Counted from the first letter of the stretch, positions 17,626-27,064 are shown. The stretch is 64,000 nucleotides of DNA from Candidatus Enterousia sp. (GCA_045546155.1 JAZQCG010000005.1:14770-78769); one strand, 5' to 3'. Notes: generated by a model not told the origin, from the letters alone. Program-made: numbers and translations.

Positions 17626-17814
17626 AATAACTGTCCCTTAGTGTTTTTTATTATTTTTTGACTGATTGATTATAAGAATTTGTGCCAAGCACCGCAATAG
17701 AAATTACACCCCCAACGGGGTTGTAGTAGTTGTTGTAAAGAAAGACTTAAACAATTTCATGCTTTATATCATATGCCTATTTTTCAACAAAATCAAGATT
17801 TATAATTTGATTAT

Positions 17815-17857
17815 ATTTACTGGATTACCGTGGCAATCCAGTAAATTATTCCCGCAC
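17815..17857. repeat. Mini-copy (termini only) of the palindromic element found at 19019 and 19460
   Basis: ATTTACTGGATTACCGTGGCAATCCAGTAAAT...CCCGCAC matches both ends of the about 130-nt element. It lies 10 nt after the stop of the gene at 17867. Confidence 0.6.
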
Positions 17858-17866
17858 ATAAGTTTT

Positions 17867-18676
17867 TTATTCAGAATAATAACAATCACCCACAAACACT
17901 CCAGAACCCGTCGCATCGCTAAAACTGCCACCTGATGGAATATAGCAATCTGTCCTGGACTGTGCCCCTATTTTACCAGTTACTCCATACACACCACCTG
18001 ACGACGGACAGCGTTCACATGTTGTCCCATTGTAAAAATAGCCATCATTGCACTTCCACTGTAATGTTGCATTATGCCCATTACTATCTGTACATGTGGC
18101 CGTACTTGGGCATACTGCACACAGTGTGCTGGAACCACTGCCACTAACATAATAATATCCTGTGGGACACCCCCAGTCTTCATCCACAACCGCAGTACAA
18201 GTTGCTAACTTGTCATCTTCAAAATCATTTTTAAATTCAATTCCTCGTTTAACAATTGCATTATTTGAATTTCTAGACGACCAGTCTTCATATACCCCAT
18301 CCTCGCCAGCACGTCGACAAAAATCACAGGGAAAATCATATACATACATATTAGCGTCCGCTTCTTCAACACAAAATAAATTATTCCTTCCACCAATTAA
18401 ACATGTACCACCCGGTTCATCATACGACGAACAAGATGCACTCAAAAAACTCTTCGCTGGTCCATCAATATACTGCGCATCCATATCACAAAGCACCGCA
18501 TAATAATCTTCGCCATATTCATCATAATTAATACCATCGTGCCCCGTATTATCATCTGCGCCTGCAATCATTCCCCAACATAATTCACCGGGCTGTAATG
18601 TACAAATCTCCCAATAATCTGCCCGCGCCCCATAAAACATAAGAATACACACAACAAAACATACAAACTTTTTCAT
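17867..18676 (-). CDS. Secreted cysteine-rich protein, paralog of 38453-39064
   Basis: Signal peptide and more than 25 Cys. The C-terminal 62 aa (KCNDGYFYNGTTCERCPSSGGVYGVTGKIGAQSRTDCYIPSGGSFSDATGSGVFVGDCYYSE) is shared with the 38453 protein. Confidence 0.8.
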   Translation of the reverse strand: MKKFVCFVVCILMFYGARADYWEICTLQPGELCWGMIAGADDNTGHDGINYDEYGEDYYAVLCDMDAQYIDGPAKSFLSASCSSYDEPGGTCLIGGRNNLFCVEEADANMYVYDFPCDFCRRAGEDGVYEDWSSRNSNNAIVKRGIEFKNDFEDDKLATCTAVVDEDWGCPTGYYYVSGSGSSTLCAVCPSTATCTDSNGHNATLQWKCNDGYFYNGTTCERCPSSGGVYGVTGKIGAQSRTDCYIPSGGSFSDATGSGVFVGDCYYSE

Positions 18677-19000
18677 TTCAATCCTCCTGTTGTTTTTACG
18701 ACAAACAAAAAAACCACTGAAAAAATTTCAAGTGGTTGGAGGTTCGAAACAATTATAGAGAATTGTGGGCTTATTTATATATATCACCACCCTCCAACCC
18801 AGTTGGATTGGCAGGTTCAGACATATCTATAAAAAACAACACCACTTGGATAACACTTTGATACCCAGTGGTGCCGAAATTCATATTTATGCCTGTATTT
18901 CTATGTTGCGATGCAACATCTCTATAACGGGTTTCGACACCCCGCCAACAGAATCCCCATTGGCACAATAATTATAAACAAAAAAGACAGATTAAAGCAA
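18677..19000 (-). promoter_or_regulatory. Structured 5' leader, copy 1, with promoter and intrinsic terminator
   Basis: Promoter TTGCTT-18-TATAAT (19000-18971). P1 TCGAAAC/GTTTCGA, P1b TATAGAG/CTCTATA, P2 TCCAAC/GTTGGA. Terminator stem 18714-18735 plus U-run, then SD AGGAGG. See findings. Confidence 0.7.
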
Positions 19001-19018
19001 ATACAAAATTTTGATTTT

Positions 19019-19147
19019 ATTTACTGGATCGCCACGGTCGCCCTGCTCCCTCGCGATGACAAAAACTTTTAAGTTTCTAAAACACTAAGCTCTTTTGTCA
19101 TTGCGAGCGTAGCGTGGCAATCCAGTCCTATATATTCCGCACTACCG
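19019..19147. repeat. Palindromic MITE-like element, copy A
   Basis: Arms ACTGGATCGCCACG...CTCGCGATGACA and TGTCATTGCGAG...CGTGGCAATCCAGT are inverted repeats. It is about 90% identical to 19460-19590 by eye and abuts the GIY-YIG stop codon. Confidence 0.75.
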
Positions 19148-19450
19148 AACCCAAAACATATCCTGAACACTTAAATCCAGCCAATCTGGATTTACACTTT
19201 CAATTAAATTCAACTTATACTTTCGCGATTGTGCCTTGATATGCTTTTCACGTTCAATCGCATCATTTACATATTGAAAATCTTCCCAGTATCCTAATTT
19301 ATCACAATTATATCGTGCGGTGAACGAATCAGGATTAACCTTATTTTTATGTTCCCATACACGTTCCACAATATCCCGTGTCACCCCTGTATACAGTGCA
19401 CCATTCCTGCGATTAAACATAATATAAACATAAAATTTATATTCTTTCAT
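19142..19450 (-). CDS. GIY-YIG nuclease-superfamily protein (YhbQ/UPF0213-like)
   Basis: FYVYIMFNRRNGALYTGVTRDIVERVWEHK is a GIY-X10-YIG-type motif. The protein is 102 aa. Confidence 0.8.
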   Translation of the reverse strand: MKEYKFYVYIMFNRRNGALYTGVTRDIVERVWEHKNKVNPDSFTARYNCDKLGYWEDFQYVNDAIEREKHIKAQSRKYKLNLIESVNPDWLDLSVQDMFWVR

Positions 19451-19459
19451 TTTGCTTCT

Positions 19460-19590
19460 ATTTACTGGATCGCCACGGTCGCGTTGCTCCCTCGCGATGA
19501 CAGATGTACTTAAAACATTCCGAATTCTTAATCACCTTTGTCATTGCGAGCGTAGCGTGGCAATCCAGTCCTATATATTCCGCATTACCG
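19460..19590. repeat. Palindromic MITE-like element, copy B
   Basis: Direct repeat of 19019-19147, 441 nt away. It abuts the stop of ORF 19585-19935 at the equivalent position. Confidence 0.75.
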
Positions 19591-19935
19591 TACCTTGCTA
19601 TGCTTGCATGTTGCACGACACCACGCCAACGCATCTTTATACAGGCAATCTGCATTCCATATTTCAATCGGCAGTTCGCCAACAAGATTCGCTATTACAC
19701 TCTTACTAGCCGTCAAACTGCAATCATGCACTTTTACACCACCTGCATATATTACTGGTTTAACATAAAAGTTCTGCTTACCGCTTTCGGGCATAAACTT
19801 TTCATCTCTTACATTTAACTGCATAGAAAGTTTGCAATGCGTGTCACAACCGTTACAACATAAATCTTCCGGCAACTTAGGCTTTGGCCATTCACAATCG
19901 CTTATATCTTTTGCAACATTACGTTCATATGCCAT
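19585..19935 (-). CDS. Hypothetical Cys-containing protein
   Basis: ORF starting 12 nt after the hlyIII-like stop, with a CCNGCDTHC motif. No family was recognised. The last about 2 codons and stop lie in repeat copy B. Confidence 0.4.
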   Translation of the reverse strand: MAYERNVAKDISDCEWPKPKLPEDLCCNGCDTHCKLSMQLNVRDEKFMPESGKQNFYVKPVIYAGGVKVHDCSLTASKSVIANLVGELPIEIWNADCLYKDALAWCRATCKHSKVR

Positions 19936-19947
19936 AATACACCCCTT

Positions 19948-20685
19948 TTACAAATCCAATATACACCCAAACAGAACGGCAAAGAAGAAGCACACACTGC
20001 CCCCGATGACAAACAAGTGCCAAACGCCGTGCGAAAACTTCATCCGCCGCCACAGATAGAATATAACACCAATCGTGTATGCCAATCCCCCTGCCAAAAT
20101 AAACCACAGGCCGCGCACGGGGATACTGCGAATCATTGCCGGCAATATAAACAGCAATGTCCACCCCATTGCGACATACAATCCAACCATCCATTTTGGC
20201 TGCTGATGCGGATTTTTAATTTTCATGTATGACCCAAACAACACAATCCCCCACAGGATTCCAAACACAATCCATCCAATCAGCCCCCGCAGATTCACCA
20301 ACAAAAACGGCGTGTATGTCCCCGCAATCAATGCATAGATTGCAACACTGTCCCAGACCTCAAAAAAACATTCATGCTTTTTACCAATTGTTGCGTGACA
20401 CATTGTTGAACCGAAATACAACGTTATCATCGTCACACCAAAAATCGCACACGATACAATTGCCCATGCATCACCCTTGATGCCCGCAAACACCACCAAC
20501 AATGTCAATGCCGCAATGGCCAACCCGATACCAATACCGTGGGTTAAAATATTTACAATTTCTTCGGCGTGTGTGCTTGGTTTTTCCCAGCGAAACAATC
20601 CCGTTGCACGCAAAACCTTTAACAATCTTGATGCATGTTCATCTTTTCTAACGGCCTTGATTCTGGCCCGTTTTGTCTGTGTCAT
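19948..20685 (-). CDS. Hemolysin III / PAQR-family membrane protein
   Basis: Seven TM segments with NILTHGIG..., HATIG and SHGVWHLFV motifs. Confidence 0.85.
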   Translation of the reverse strand: MTQTKRARIKAVRKDEHASRLLKVLRATGLFRWEKPSTHAEEIVNILTHGIGIGLAIAALTLLVVFAGIKGDAWAIVSCAIFGVTMITLYFGSTMCHATIGKKHECFFEVWDSVAIYALIAGTYTPFLLVNLRGLIGWIVFGILWGIVLFGSYMKIKNPHQQPKWMVGLYVAMGWTLLFILPAMIRSIPVRGLWFILAGGLAYTIGVIFYLWRRMKFSHGVWHLFVIGGSVCFFFAVLFGCILDL

Positions 20686-22292
20686 TTTATCACCTTTTCG
20701 ATTCGTTTAATGACCCGTTCACCGCCCATAACCGACATAATGGAATACAGGTCCGGCGTATTTGTGCGACCCGATAATGCCACACGCAGGTTCATTGCCA
20801 CATCACCATTTTTAACACCTGTCCTTTCGGCAATCGCAATAATTTTCGCCCACCATGTATCTTTGTCATCGACCGGATTATATGTTTCCAAGAACGCTTT
20901 TAATGCATCCCTATTAAATTCATATTCGGTGTTTGGAACAAACAATTCATCCCAGAAAAACGCAACATTTTCCAGTGTCTGTGACCATGTGATAAAGTCC
21001 TTGCGTACACGCTTTGGGTTATCACGTTCAATCCCCAAAACGCCCGTCAAGTAATCTACATCCGCCACCTGCATTTTGTTTGCGTCATTACCATATTCAT
21101 TGGCCCATTGGGCGACACGTGCAACCAATTCCGGCACCGGCAGCGAACCAATAAATTCCTTGGCCCACCATTCCAGTTTATCCGTATTAAACAGCGCACT
21201 GCTGGTTGGGATTTTTTTTACCCTTAATGGATAATTCCAAATTGTTGTATCCGGCTTTTTATTTTTTTCTTCTTCAAATCCAGATGCCACAATATTGTAC
21301 AGATAGTTCAACACCGCCTCAACCGGCCAACCTGCGGTTAAATAATGCATAGTGTTCGCCTCTGGATCGGTGCGTTTAGACAACTTTCTAGAATTTCCCG
21401 TTTGTTCATCTAACTTATTAATTGTTGCAACATGAACATATTCTGGATTCTGCCATCCCATCATACGGAACAGTTGCAAATGTAAATTTAATGAAGACAA
21501 CCATTCTTCACCACGCTGAACCAGTGTTGTTCGCATAAAGTGGTCATCGCACAAATGCGCAAAATGATATGTTGGCAATCCATCATTTGATTTAATTAAA
21601 ACAATATCCTCTTCATTTTCTGGAAAAGCCAAGCGACCACGAACCTTGTCATTATAGAAAATCTTATTATCTTTATTTCCCATTGAATACAAACGAATCG
21701 ACGGAACCATACCACTATCTAAACGCGCGATAATCTCTTCTTCGGTCAAATCCCGATCGCGCGCCCATTCACCATAAATCCCGGTTGCCCAACCCGCAGA
21801 CTTTTGTTTTTCACGGATTTCATCCATTTCTTCCGCACTTAGGAAACAAGGATACGCCAACCCCCGTCCCAACAAATCTGCCACGACACTATGATAGACT
21901 TCTTTGCGTTCAGATTGATAATACGAACCATAATCGCCACCATATGTTGGACCTTCATCTGGTTGCAAACCGAACGCATCCGCACACTTCAAAATAACAT
22001 CAACTGCGCCCTGCACTTCACGTTTTGTATCTGTATCTTCGATTCGCAACATAAAGACCCCATCTGACTGCTGGGCTAATTTTTTTGCAATCATCATTTG
22101 ATACAGTGTTCCCAAATGCATAAACCCAGTGGGACTGGGTGCAACACGCGTAACCATTGCGCCGTCCGCAAGATTACGTGATGGGAATTTTGCTTCTAAT
22201 TCATCCAATGTATATTTTGGTGCACCGCCCAATACACGTGCAATTAAATCTTTTGATAAACCCGTTCTCATTTTTGTTTTCCTTTTTCCCAT
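20682..22292 (-). CDS. gltX: Glutamate--tRNA ligase (long form)
   Basis: RVAPSPTGFMHLGT (HIGH region), RIEDTD and KLSKR motifs. Confidence 0.9.
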   Translation of the reverse strand: MGKRKTKMRTGLSKDLIARVLGGAPKYTLDELEAKFPSRNLADGAMVTRVAPSPTGFMHLGTLYQMMIAKKLAQQSDGVFMLRIEDTDTKREVQGAVDVILKCADAFGLQPDEGPTYGGDYGSYYQSERKEVYHSVVADLLGRGLAYPCFLSAEEMDEIREKQKSAGWATGIYGEWARDRDLTEEEIIARLDSGMVPSIRLYSMGNKDNKIFYNDKVRGRLAFPENEEDIVLIKSNDGLPTYHFAHLCDDHFMRTTLVQRGEEWLSSLNLHLQLFRMMGWQNPEYVHVATINKLDEQTGNSRKLSKRTDPEANTMHYLTAGWPVEAVLNYLYNIVASGFEEEKNKKPDTTIWNYPLRVKKIPTSSALFNTDKLEWWAKEFIGSLPVPELVARVAQWANEYGNDANKMQVADVDYLTGVLGIERDNPKRVRKDFITWSQTLENVAFFWDELFVPNTEYEFNRDALKAFLETYNPVDDKDTWWAKIIAIAERTGVKNGDVAMNLRVALSGRTNTPDLYSIMSVMGGERVIKRIEKVIK

Positions 22293-22828
22293 TCTGCTTT
22301 TAATTTTGAATATCTAATTTTATCACGAACACTGCCATTTGGCCAAATACCTTCGGCTCGCAAAGTCCCCTCTTGAACGTAATTAAATTTTTCTGCAATC
22401 GCACGCGATGCCATATTTTCTGTATCAGACGTTATAACCAATTTACGAAATCCAAAGTACCCAAACCCCATTTGTTCTATTTCTGGGAACAGATTACTAA
22501 TTACACCACAGCCACGCGCAGACTTTTTTAACCAATAACCCAATTCAGCCACACCAGTATTCCACATAATATTCGAAAATCCGATTTCCCCCAAGAATTC
22601 ATCGCCATCAAAAATACCGAACATTAAAAACTGTTTCCTATTTGGACGACGTGAATAATCCAGCAAAACTTCTTCTGGTGATTTATACAAACCATTTGGC
22701 ATCCAGAAAATCATATTTTCCGCATCAGAATCATAAATATCAAAAATCTGTTGTGCCATTTCAAATGTTGCCGGCACTGATTTCAATAAATATCTGCCAC
22801 AAACTATATTGTTTGGAAAATCTGCCAT
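22268..22828 (-). CDS. GNAT-family N-acetyltransferase (RimJ/RimL-like)
   Basis: GNAT core (GEIGFSNI...GYWLKKSARGCG...). Start chosen at the internal ATG (MADFPNN) to avoid overlap with the divergent trmB. Confidence 0.75.
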   Translation of the reverse strand: MADFPNNIVCGRYLLKSVPATFEMAQQIFDIYDSDAENMIFWMPNGLYKSPEEVLLDYSRRPNRKQFLMFGIFDGDEFLGEIGFSNIMWNTGVAELGYWLKKSARGCGVISNLFPEIEQMGFGYFGFRKLVITSDTENMASRAIAEKFNYVQEGTLRAEGIWPNGSVRDKIRYSKLKAEWEKGKQK

Positions 22829-22876
22829 ATCTATATATTCCTTGTTTTTTACCAATCTCAATTCTATACTAAATAT

Positions 22877-23500
22877 ATGGAAAAACAAGAAATAAGAACA
22901 TTTGGACGCCGTCACGGCAAAAAATTATCCGCGCGTCAATCGGCACTGATTGACACGATTTTACCAACCCTAAAACCGACAACGGGCGACATATTGGAAA
23001 TTGGATTTGGTGCGGGCGAACACGTACGCGACCTGGCAATTACCAACCCAAACAAAATCATAATCGGCGCCGAACCATTTATGAACGGTGTGGCCAGTCT
23101 GCTGTCTGCGATAACCGATGAAAAATCGAATCGGATTTTGGATGAATATACGGGCATCCGTATCTGGGCGGATGATGTGCGGGATTTTTTGCGTGAAACA
23201 GATTCAAAATTCGAACAAATCTGGGTCTTGCACCCCGACCCCTGGCCGAAAGCCAGACATGAAAAGCGCCGGTTATTGTCTGCTGAATTCTTAAATTTAT
23301 TATCAAAATATTTATCCAAAAATGGCGAAATAATAATCGGCACAGATCATTGGGAATACTTTGATTGGATACGTGAACAAATAAAATCAACGTCCCTAGT
23401 TGCGACAATTCCAGACATGGAAATTATCCAAACGCGTTATCAGCATAAAAACAAGGCGGGTACAGATGCCCCAAAATATTTGATTCTAAGAAACGCTTAA
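22877..23500 (+). CDS. trmB: tRNA (guanine46-N7)-methyltransferase TrmB
   Basis: EIGFGAGEH SAM motif and HPDPWPK signature. Confidence 0.88.
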   Translation: MEKQEIRTFGRRHGKKLSARQSALIDTILPTLKPTTGDILEIGFGAGEHVRDLAITNPNKIIIGAEPFMNGVASLLSAITDEKSNRILDEYTGIRIWADDVRDFLRETDSKFEQIWVLHPDPWPKARHEKRRLLSAEFLNLLSKYLSKNGEIIIGTDHWEYFDWIREQIKSTSLVATIPDMEIIQTRYQHKNKAGTDAPKYLILRNA

Positions 23501-24204
23501 TAATTTACAAAGAAACGCAAATTAGACACCAATTCAGGCCGCACCGATTCGACTAAACGTCGTGCCTGATCGATTCGTTCGGGTCGATTTTCCAGCGCAA
23601 AATGCAACGCACCACCAAAATCAGAATCCCACGCGTTCAGCAATCCGTACACCCGCCCCACAAAATCTGATTTTTTACCCGCATCTTTTGTCAAAACGAA
23701 ACAAACAGCAGACGCATTAATGCGCTTTAATTGGTGGAACAAATCCGCCCAATCTGACGCATCAATATCACCAATATCCAGCCCGATAACCAAATCCCGA
23801 TTAAAGAACAAGTCATCACGAATAATCGCAACCTGGTCTATCATAGATTTAAGGTGTTTATACCGCACAAAAACCATCGCACCATTTGCCCCACATTTAA
23901 ACGAAGCATTTATGCGAATTGTCAAATCAGACATAACCCGCTCGTCAACCTTGTCATCATTGACATAAAAACGTCCAATCAGTTTAATTGACCGCCCCTC
24001 AATCCATGGCCAAACAATCGGCACAACTTCGGGTACGACCGAAATCATGTTTATACCGCGTTCTGTGACTAATTCTGTCATACGTGCCAAATCTGCACCA
24101 TCAGTGTCCGCGCCACACCATATCGCTGGCACGACATCTATTTCATCAAAAAAGGAATTCATATCAATCATAACACTTTTTACTTTATCACAAATATGGT
24201 ACAA
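23497..24204 (-). CDS. Hypothetical protein (possible TIM-barrel/DeoC-like fold, not established)
   Basis: Long ORF with normal composition. No motif was recognised with confidence. Confidence 0.55.
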   Translation of the reverse strand: MYHICDKVKSVMIDMNSFFDEIDVVPAIWCGADTDGADLARMTELVTERGINMISVVPEVVPIVWPWIEGRSIKLIGRFYVNDDKVDERVMSDLTIRINASFKCGANGAMVFVRYKHLKSMIDQVAIIRDDLFFNRDLVIGLDIGDIDASDWADLFHQLKRINASAVCFVLTKDAGKKSDFVGRVYGLLNAWDSDFGGALHFALENRPERIDQARRLVESVRPELVSNLRFFVNY

Positions 24205-24213
24205 TAAAAAACG

Positions 24214-25155
24214 ATGAAAAAGAATTTTGAAAATATTTTATTAGGGCTTCTGTGGTTGCTGGCTGCGACCTTGGGAACAACATTTTGGTTTAACACACGT
24301 TTTGGATTCAATCTGTTTTCTGGGGCACATTGGGATTACCTGGCCACGCAACAGGTAACACGCAATCCGGTCAGTTTTTGGTTCTATTTTTCATTTGTAG
24401 CCGCAACATTTATCACATTGTTTGTACTATATTTATTAATCAAACCACGTCGGCGTAATATAAAAATTTCACCACAGGCCCATGCGCCAACCTCACAACC
24501 AAATCTACCCCAGACACAAAGCACTGTAAATCAAGATGCTTCACAAATAAACCTTGCCCCTGGCACGACACAGCATGCCCCAGCAGCCCCTGATTTGCCA
24601 CCCGTCGCCCCAATGCCACCACGCCCGCCACGACTAAATGTCGCACCTGCAAATACATTTGCACCGGCTGCGACCCCCGCCGCATCAACTGGCGCGATCA
24701 CCACACCAACGCCATCTGTTCAACACGCATCAAATCCACCTGAAAAACAAGATTGGCCTGAAATTCGGGAAATATTTTCAATGGCTGGATACGTTATCAA
24801 ACCCGAACCACGTATCAATGGCAAAAAAATGGCATTGCTTGCCATTGGAACAGACGAAGTTCTCTATATGGGCGCTGTCGGAATATCAACAACCGATATG
24901 GTCGCATGCGTGAACAAAATGATTAACCTGTTCCATGACACATTGGACGACATCGAAATAACCGTAAATGCATTTGTATTAAACCCAACAAATGTAACAC
25001 CTGATTCTGGCATATTAACATTTGACAGCACGACTGCTTTGCGTGATTATATGAATAACCATCGTAATGCACCATTATCTGCAGACGACACAGAAAACTT
25101 TGCGGCGTATTCTGAATACATAACAACCGTAATTGAATACATAGGGAAACTGTAA
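24214..25155 (+). CDS. Membrane protein with a Pro-rich linker and an unknown C-terminal domain
   Basis: Two N-terminal TM helices, an about 100-aa P/A/T/Q-rich linker and a 130-aa C-terminal globular domain. It is the first gene of a tightly coupled 4-gene operon. Confidence 0.65.
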   Translation: MKKNFENILLGLLWLLAATLGTTFWFNTRFGFNLFSGAHWDYLATQQVTRNPVSFWFYFSFVAATFITLFVLYLLIKPRRRNIKISPQAHAPTSQPNLPQTQSTVNQDASQINLAPGTTQHAPAAPDLPPVAPMPPRPPRLNVAPANTFAPAATPAASTGAITTPTPSVQHASNPPEKQDWPEIREIFSMAGYVIKPEPRINGKKMALLAIGTDEVLYMGAVGISTTDMVACVNKMINLFHDTLDDIEITVNAFVLNPTNVTPDSGILTFDSTTALRDYMNNHRNAPLSADDTENFAAYSEYITTVIEYIGKL

Positions 25156-25655
25156 TGCAATTAAATGAAAGCGCGGCGGAAAAAATCTTGGCCGACATGT
25201 CAATGGACGATATGCCCGTATCAGAGCATACGCCCATCCCAACTGCATTATCCCCAGATTGGTTTAAAAAATACAAAGAATTATGTCACGAATTTACGTC
25301 CAGCCTAACTGACTCGGTCCAAGAACTAGCCTTTATGAATTTAAGCCAAGACGAATTCATGGGACTATTGATGGGTCAAAGTATTCCTAAAAATATATCA
25401 TTTCGATTCCGCATCCCATTAATGTTGGGTGGAAAAATGGAAATCGATAACATGTTTATGTGTTGGACATTCCCACACAGTATGCGCATGGACAAATTCA
25501 TAATTATGCAGTCTGATGCAAAAACAATATGGCTTCCGAACCCGACAAAAAAAATCTACCTGCCGGCGCATACAACCGGTGGCGGTGATGGTGGTAATGC
25601 AACCGAAGACAGATTGGCGCAAATGGCGGCACAATTAGCGGCTGGCCGCGAATAA
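25155..25655 (+). CDS. Hypothetical protein with a degenerate HNH/colicin-DNase-like beta-beta-alpha segment
   Basis: FRFRIPLMLGGKMEIDNMFMCWTFPHSMRMD aligns by eye with [30 protein letters not shown] of colicin-type DNases, but the HH is replaced by FR. TAATG start/stop overlap with the upstream gene. Confidence 0.55.
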   Translation: MQLNESAAEKILADMSMDDMPVSEHTPIPTALSPDWFKKYKELCHEFTSSLTDSVQELAFMNLSQDEFMGLLMGQSIPKNISFRFRIPLMLGGKMEIDNMFMCWTFPHSMRMDKFIIMQSDAKTIWLPNPTKKIYLPAHTTGGGDGGNATEDRLAQMAAQLAAGRE

Positions 25656-25669
25656 AAAATGGATAAAAC

Positions 25670-26110
25670 ATGGTTATGACACGCGACGAATTTTTATCTG
25701 CAATTAAATCCCGCGGTGCGTTTATTGCCCCTGCTGCGACACCACAACAAATTACAAATACAAATTCTGTTTTACAGCATATTCGCGCTGCAATCCTGCC
25801 GATGTTTATGATTGAATTTTTTGCAACAACATCTGGCATATCACTGGATTCTGGATATATATTTGGGCCAAATGAATTTGAAAACGGTTCACGCACCCCT
25901 GTTCCAGATATAGTAAGTGTTAACCGCGAATTTAGTACCCTGCCCGGCACAACTGGCAAAACACTGTTTGGTCGTAACGACTTGTTCTGGTTTGCATTTG
26001 ATACATTTGGCACATGCTATATGCTGGACAATCTATCATTACGTGTTTTACGCAAATACGACGATCCATATCGCGCGATGACCGATTGCTTGATTGCGGG
26101 GAAATATTAA
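25670..26110 (+). CDS. SMI1/KNR4 (SUKH)-like protein, putative immunity-type protein
   Basis: The pattern ...ITNTNSVLQHIRAAILPMFMIEFFATTSGISLD...GRNDLFWFAFDTFGTCYMLD resembles the SUKH family by eye. Confidence 0.5.
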   Translation: MVMTRDEFLSAIKSRGAFIAPAATPQQITNTNSVLQHIRAAILPMFMIEFFATTSGISLDSGYIFGPNEFENGSRTPVPDIVSVNREFSTLPGTTGKTLFGRNDLFWFAFDTFGTCYMLDNLSLRVLRKYDDPYRAMTDCLIAGKY

Positions 26111-26111
26111 A

Positions 26112-26318
26112 ATGAAAAAAATATCTGTATCTTTATCAGGGCATCAAACCAGTATAACCCTAGAACCAGAATTTATTGATGTGCTAAAACAAATCGCCAC
26201 CGCACGCGGCGTATCCATTGCATCAATTATTTGCGACATTGATAATAAACGAAACGCGGATACAAATTTATCATCTGCAATCCGCGTTTGGATTTTAAAC
26301 CAAGTCATGAAACATTAA
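26112..26318 (+). CDS. Ribbon-helix-helix protein (RHH_4-like)
   Basis: ISVSLSGHQTSITLEPEFIDVLKQIATARGVSIASIICDID...NLSSAIRVWIL matches the alphaproteobacterial RHH_4 pattern. Confidence 0.75.
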   Translation: MKKISVSLSGHQTSITLEPEFIDVLKQIATARGVSIASIICDIDNKRNADTNLSSAIRVWILNQVMKH

Positions 26319-27061
26319 TCTTTTGATTTAGTATCTTTATTAATTATAAAATTTCCAACTGCACCACCAACAACGCCAAGCCCACTAACCGTTGCACCAG
26401 TTTTATTTTTCTTGGTTGTTTCTTCTTTTTGTCCAGCCCAAATCTTAGCATCTTCACCATCGGGGTCCGCCAATGCCCGTGACAAAGACGCATACGCACC
26501 AGATGTAATTCCAACACCGACATCATCATACAAACCCGTTGTCGCAGAATCCAAAATTGGTTCTGATTCAATCCCGGGTTTTAGCCCCAGTTGCTCTTTG
26601 CGTTTTTTCAAATCATTTGCCAACATAACATATTCCGCATACAGCGGCACCAGTTCGCTTGCCCCCGGCAATTCAACATTTGTTTGGCCACCATGGATAT
26701 TCATACCCGCACCATAATCACATTTGAAAGTTGCTAAATACGCGGTCATATCCATTTCTGCGTCTTTATCTGCATTCTGTTCTGCCAGGCCCGACGCCAA
26801 CATCATCCCGCCTATACCACCTGCACCCATTGCCGCCGCCCCCAACATACGATTCGCCAACGATTGTTCTTTGGCTTTGGCTGCTTCGTATTTTTGTTCC
26901 AAAACAGACATTTCTTCATAAAGGGCAACAAATTCCCTCCCAGAAACTTCATTGTACACCCCAATATAAGGATTATCCATTTCCGACAACATAAACCAAT
27001 CCTGAGCCAACCCCACAAATGGAAAACACAACCCCATCAAAAACAAGGTTATTTTTTTCAC
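26315..27061 (-). CDS. Secreted/membrane hypothetical protein
   Basis: Signal peptide MKKITLFLMGLCFPFVGLA and Gly-rich hydrophobic segments. Second gene behind leader copy 2. Confidence 0.6.
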   Translation of the reverse strand: MKKITLFLMGLCFPFVGLAQDWFMLSEMDNPYIGVYNEVSGREFVALYEEMSVLEQKYEAAKAKEQSLANRMLGAAAMGAGGIGGMMLASGLAEQNADKDAEMDMTAYLATFKCDYGAGMNIHGGQTNVELPGASELVPLYAEYVMLANDLKKRKEQLGLKPGIESEPILDSATTGLYDDVGVGITSGAYASLSRALADPDGEDAKIWAGQKEETTKKNKTGATVSGLGVVGGAVGNFIINKDTKSKD

Positions 27062-27064
27062 CCT

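Noticed and set aside
17626-17814. Possible regulatory leader upstream of thrS (hairpins ACAACCCC-gttg-GGGGTGT and GTGC-ttg-GCAC; candidate promoter TTGATT-17-TATGAT)
   Set aside because: The hairpins are short, there is no T-box or tRNA-mimic signature I can verify, and it is a single copy with nothing to compare against.
18771-18968. Small ORFs inside the leaders (65-aa ORFs at 18765-18971; possible leader peptides such as MGRRNLTQ... in copy 4 and MMRCQNL... in copy 3)
   Set aside because: No SD is present. The frames, lengths and sequences are not conserved among the four copies. Conservation follows base-pairing rather than codons.
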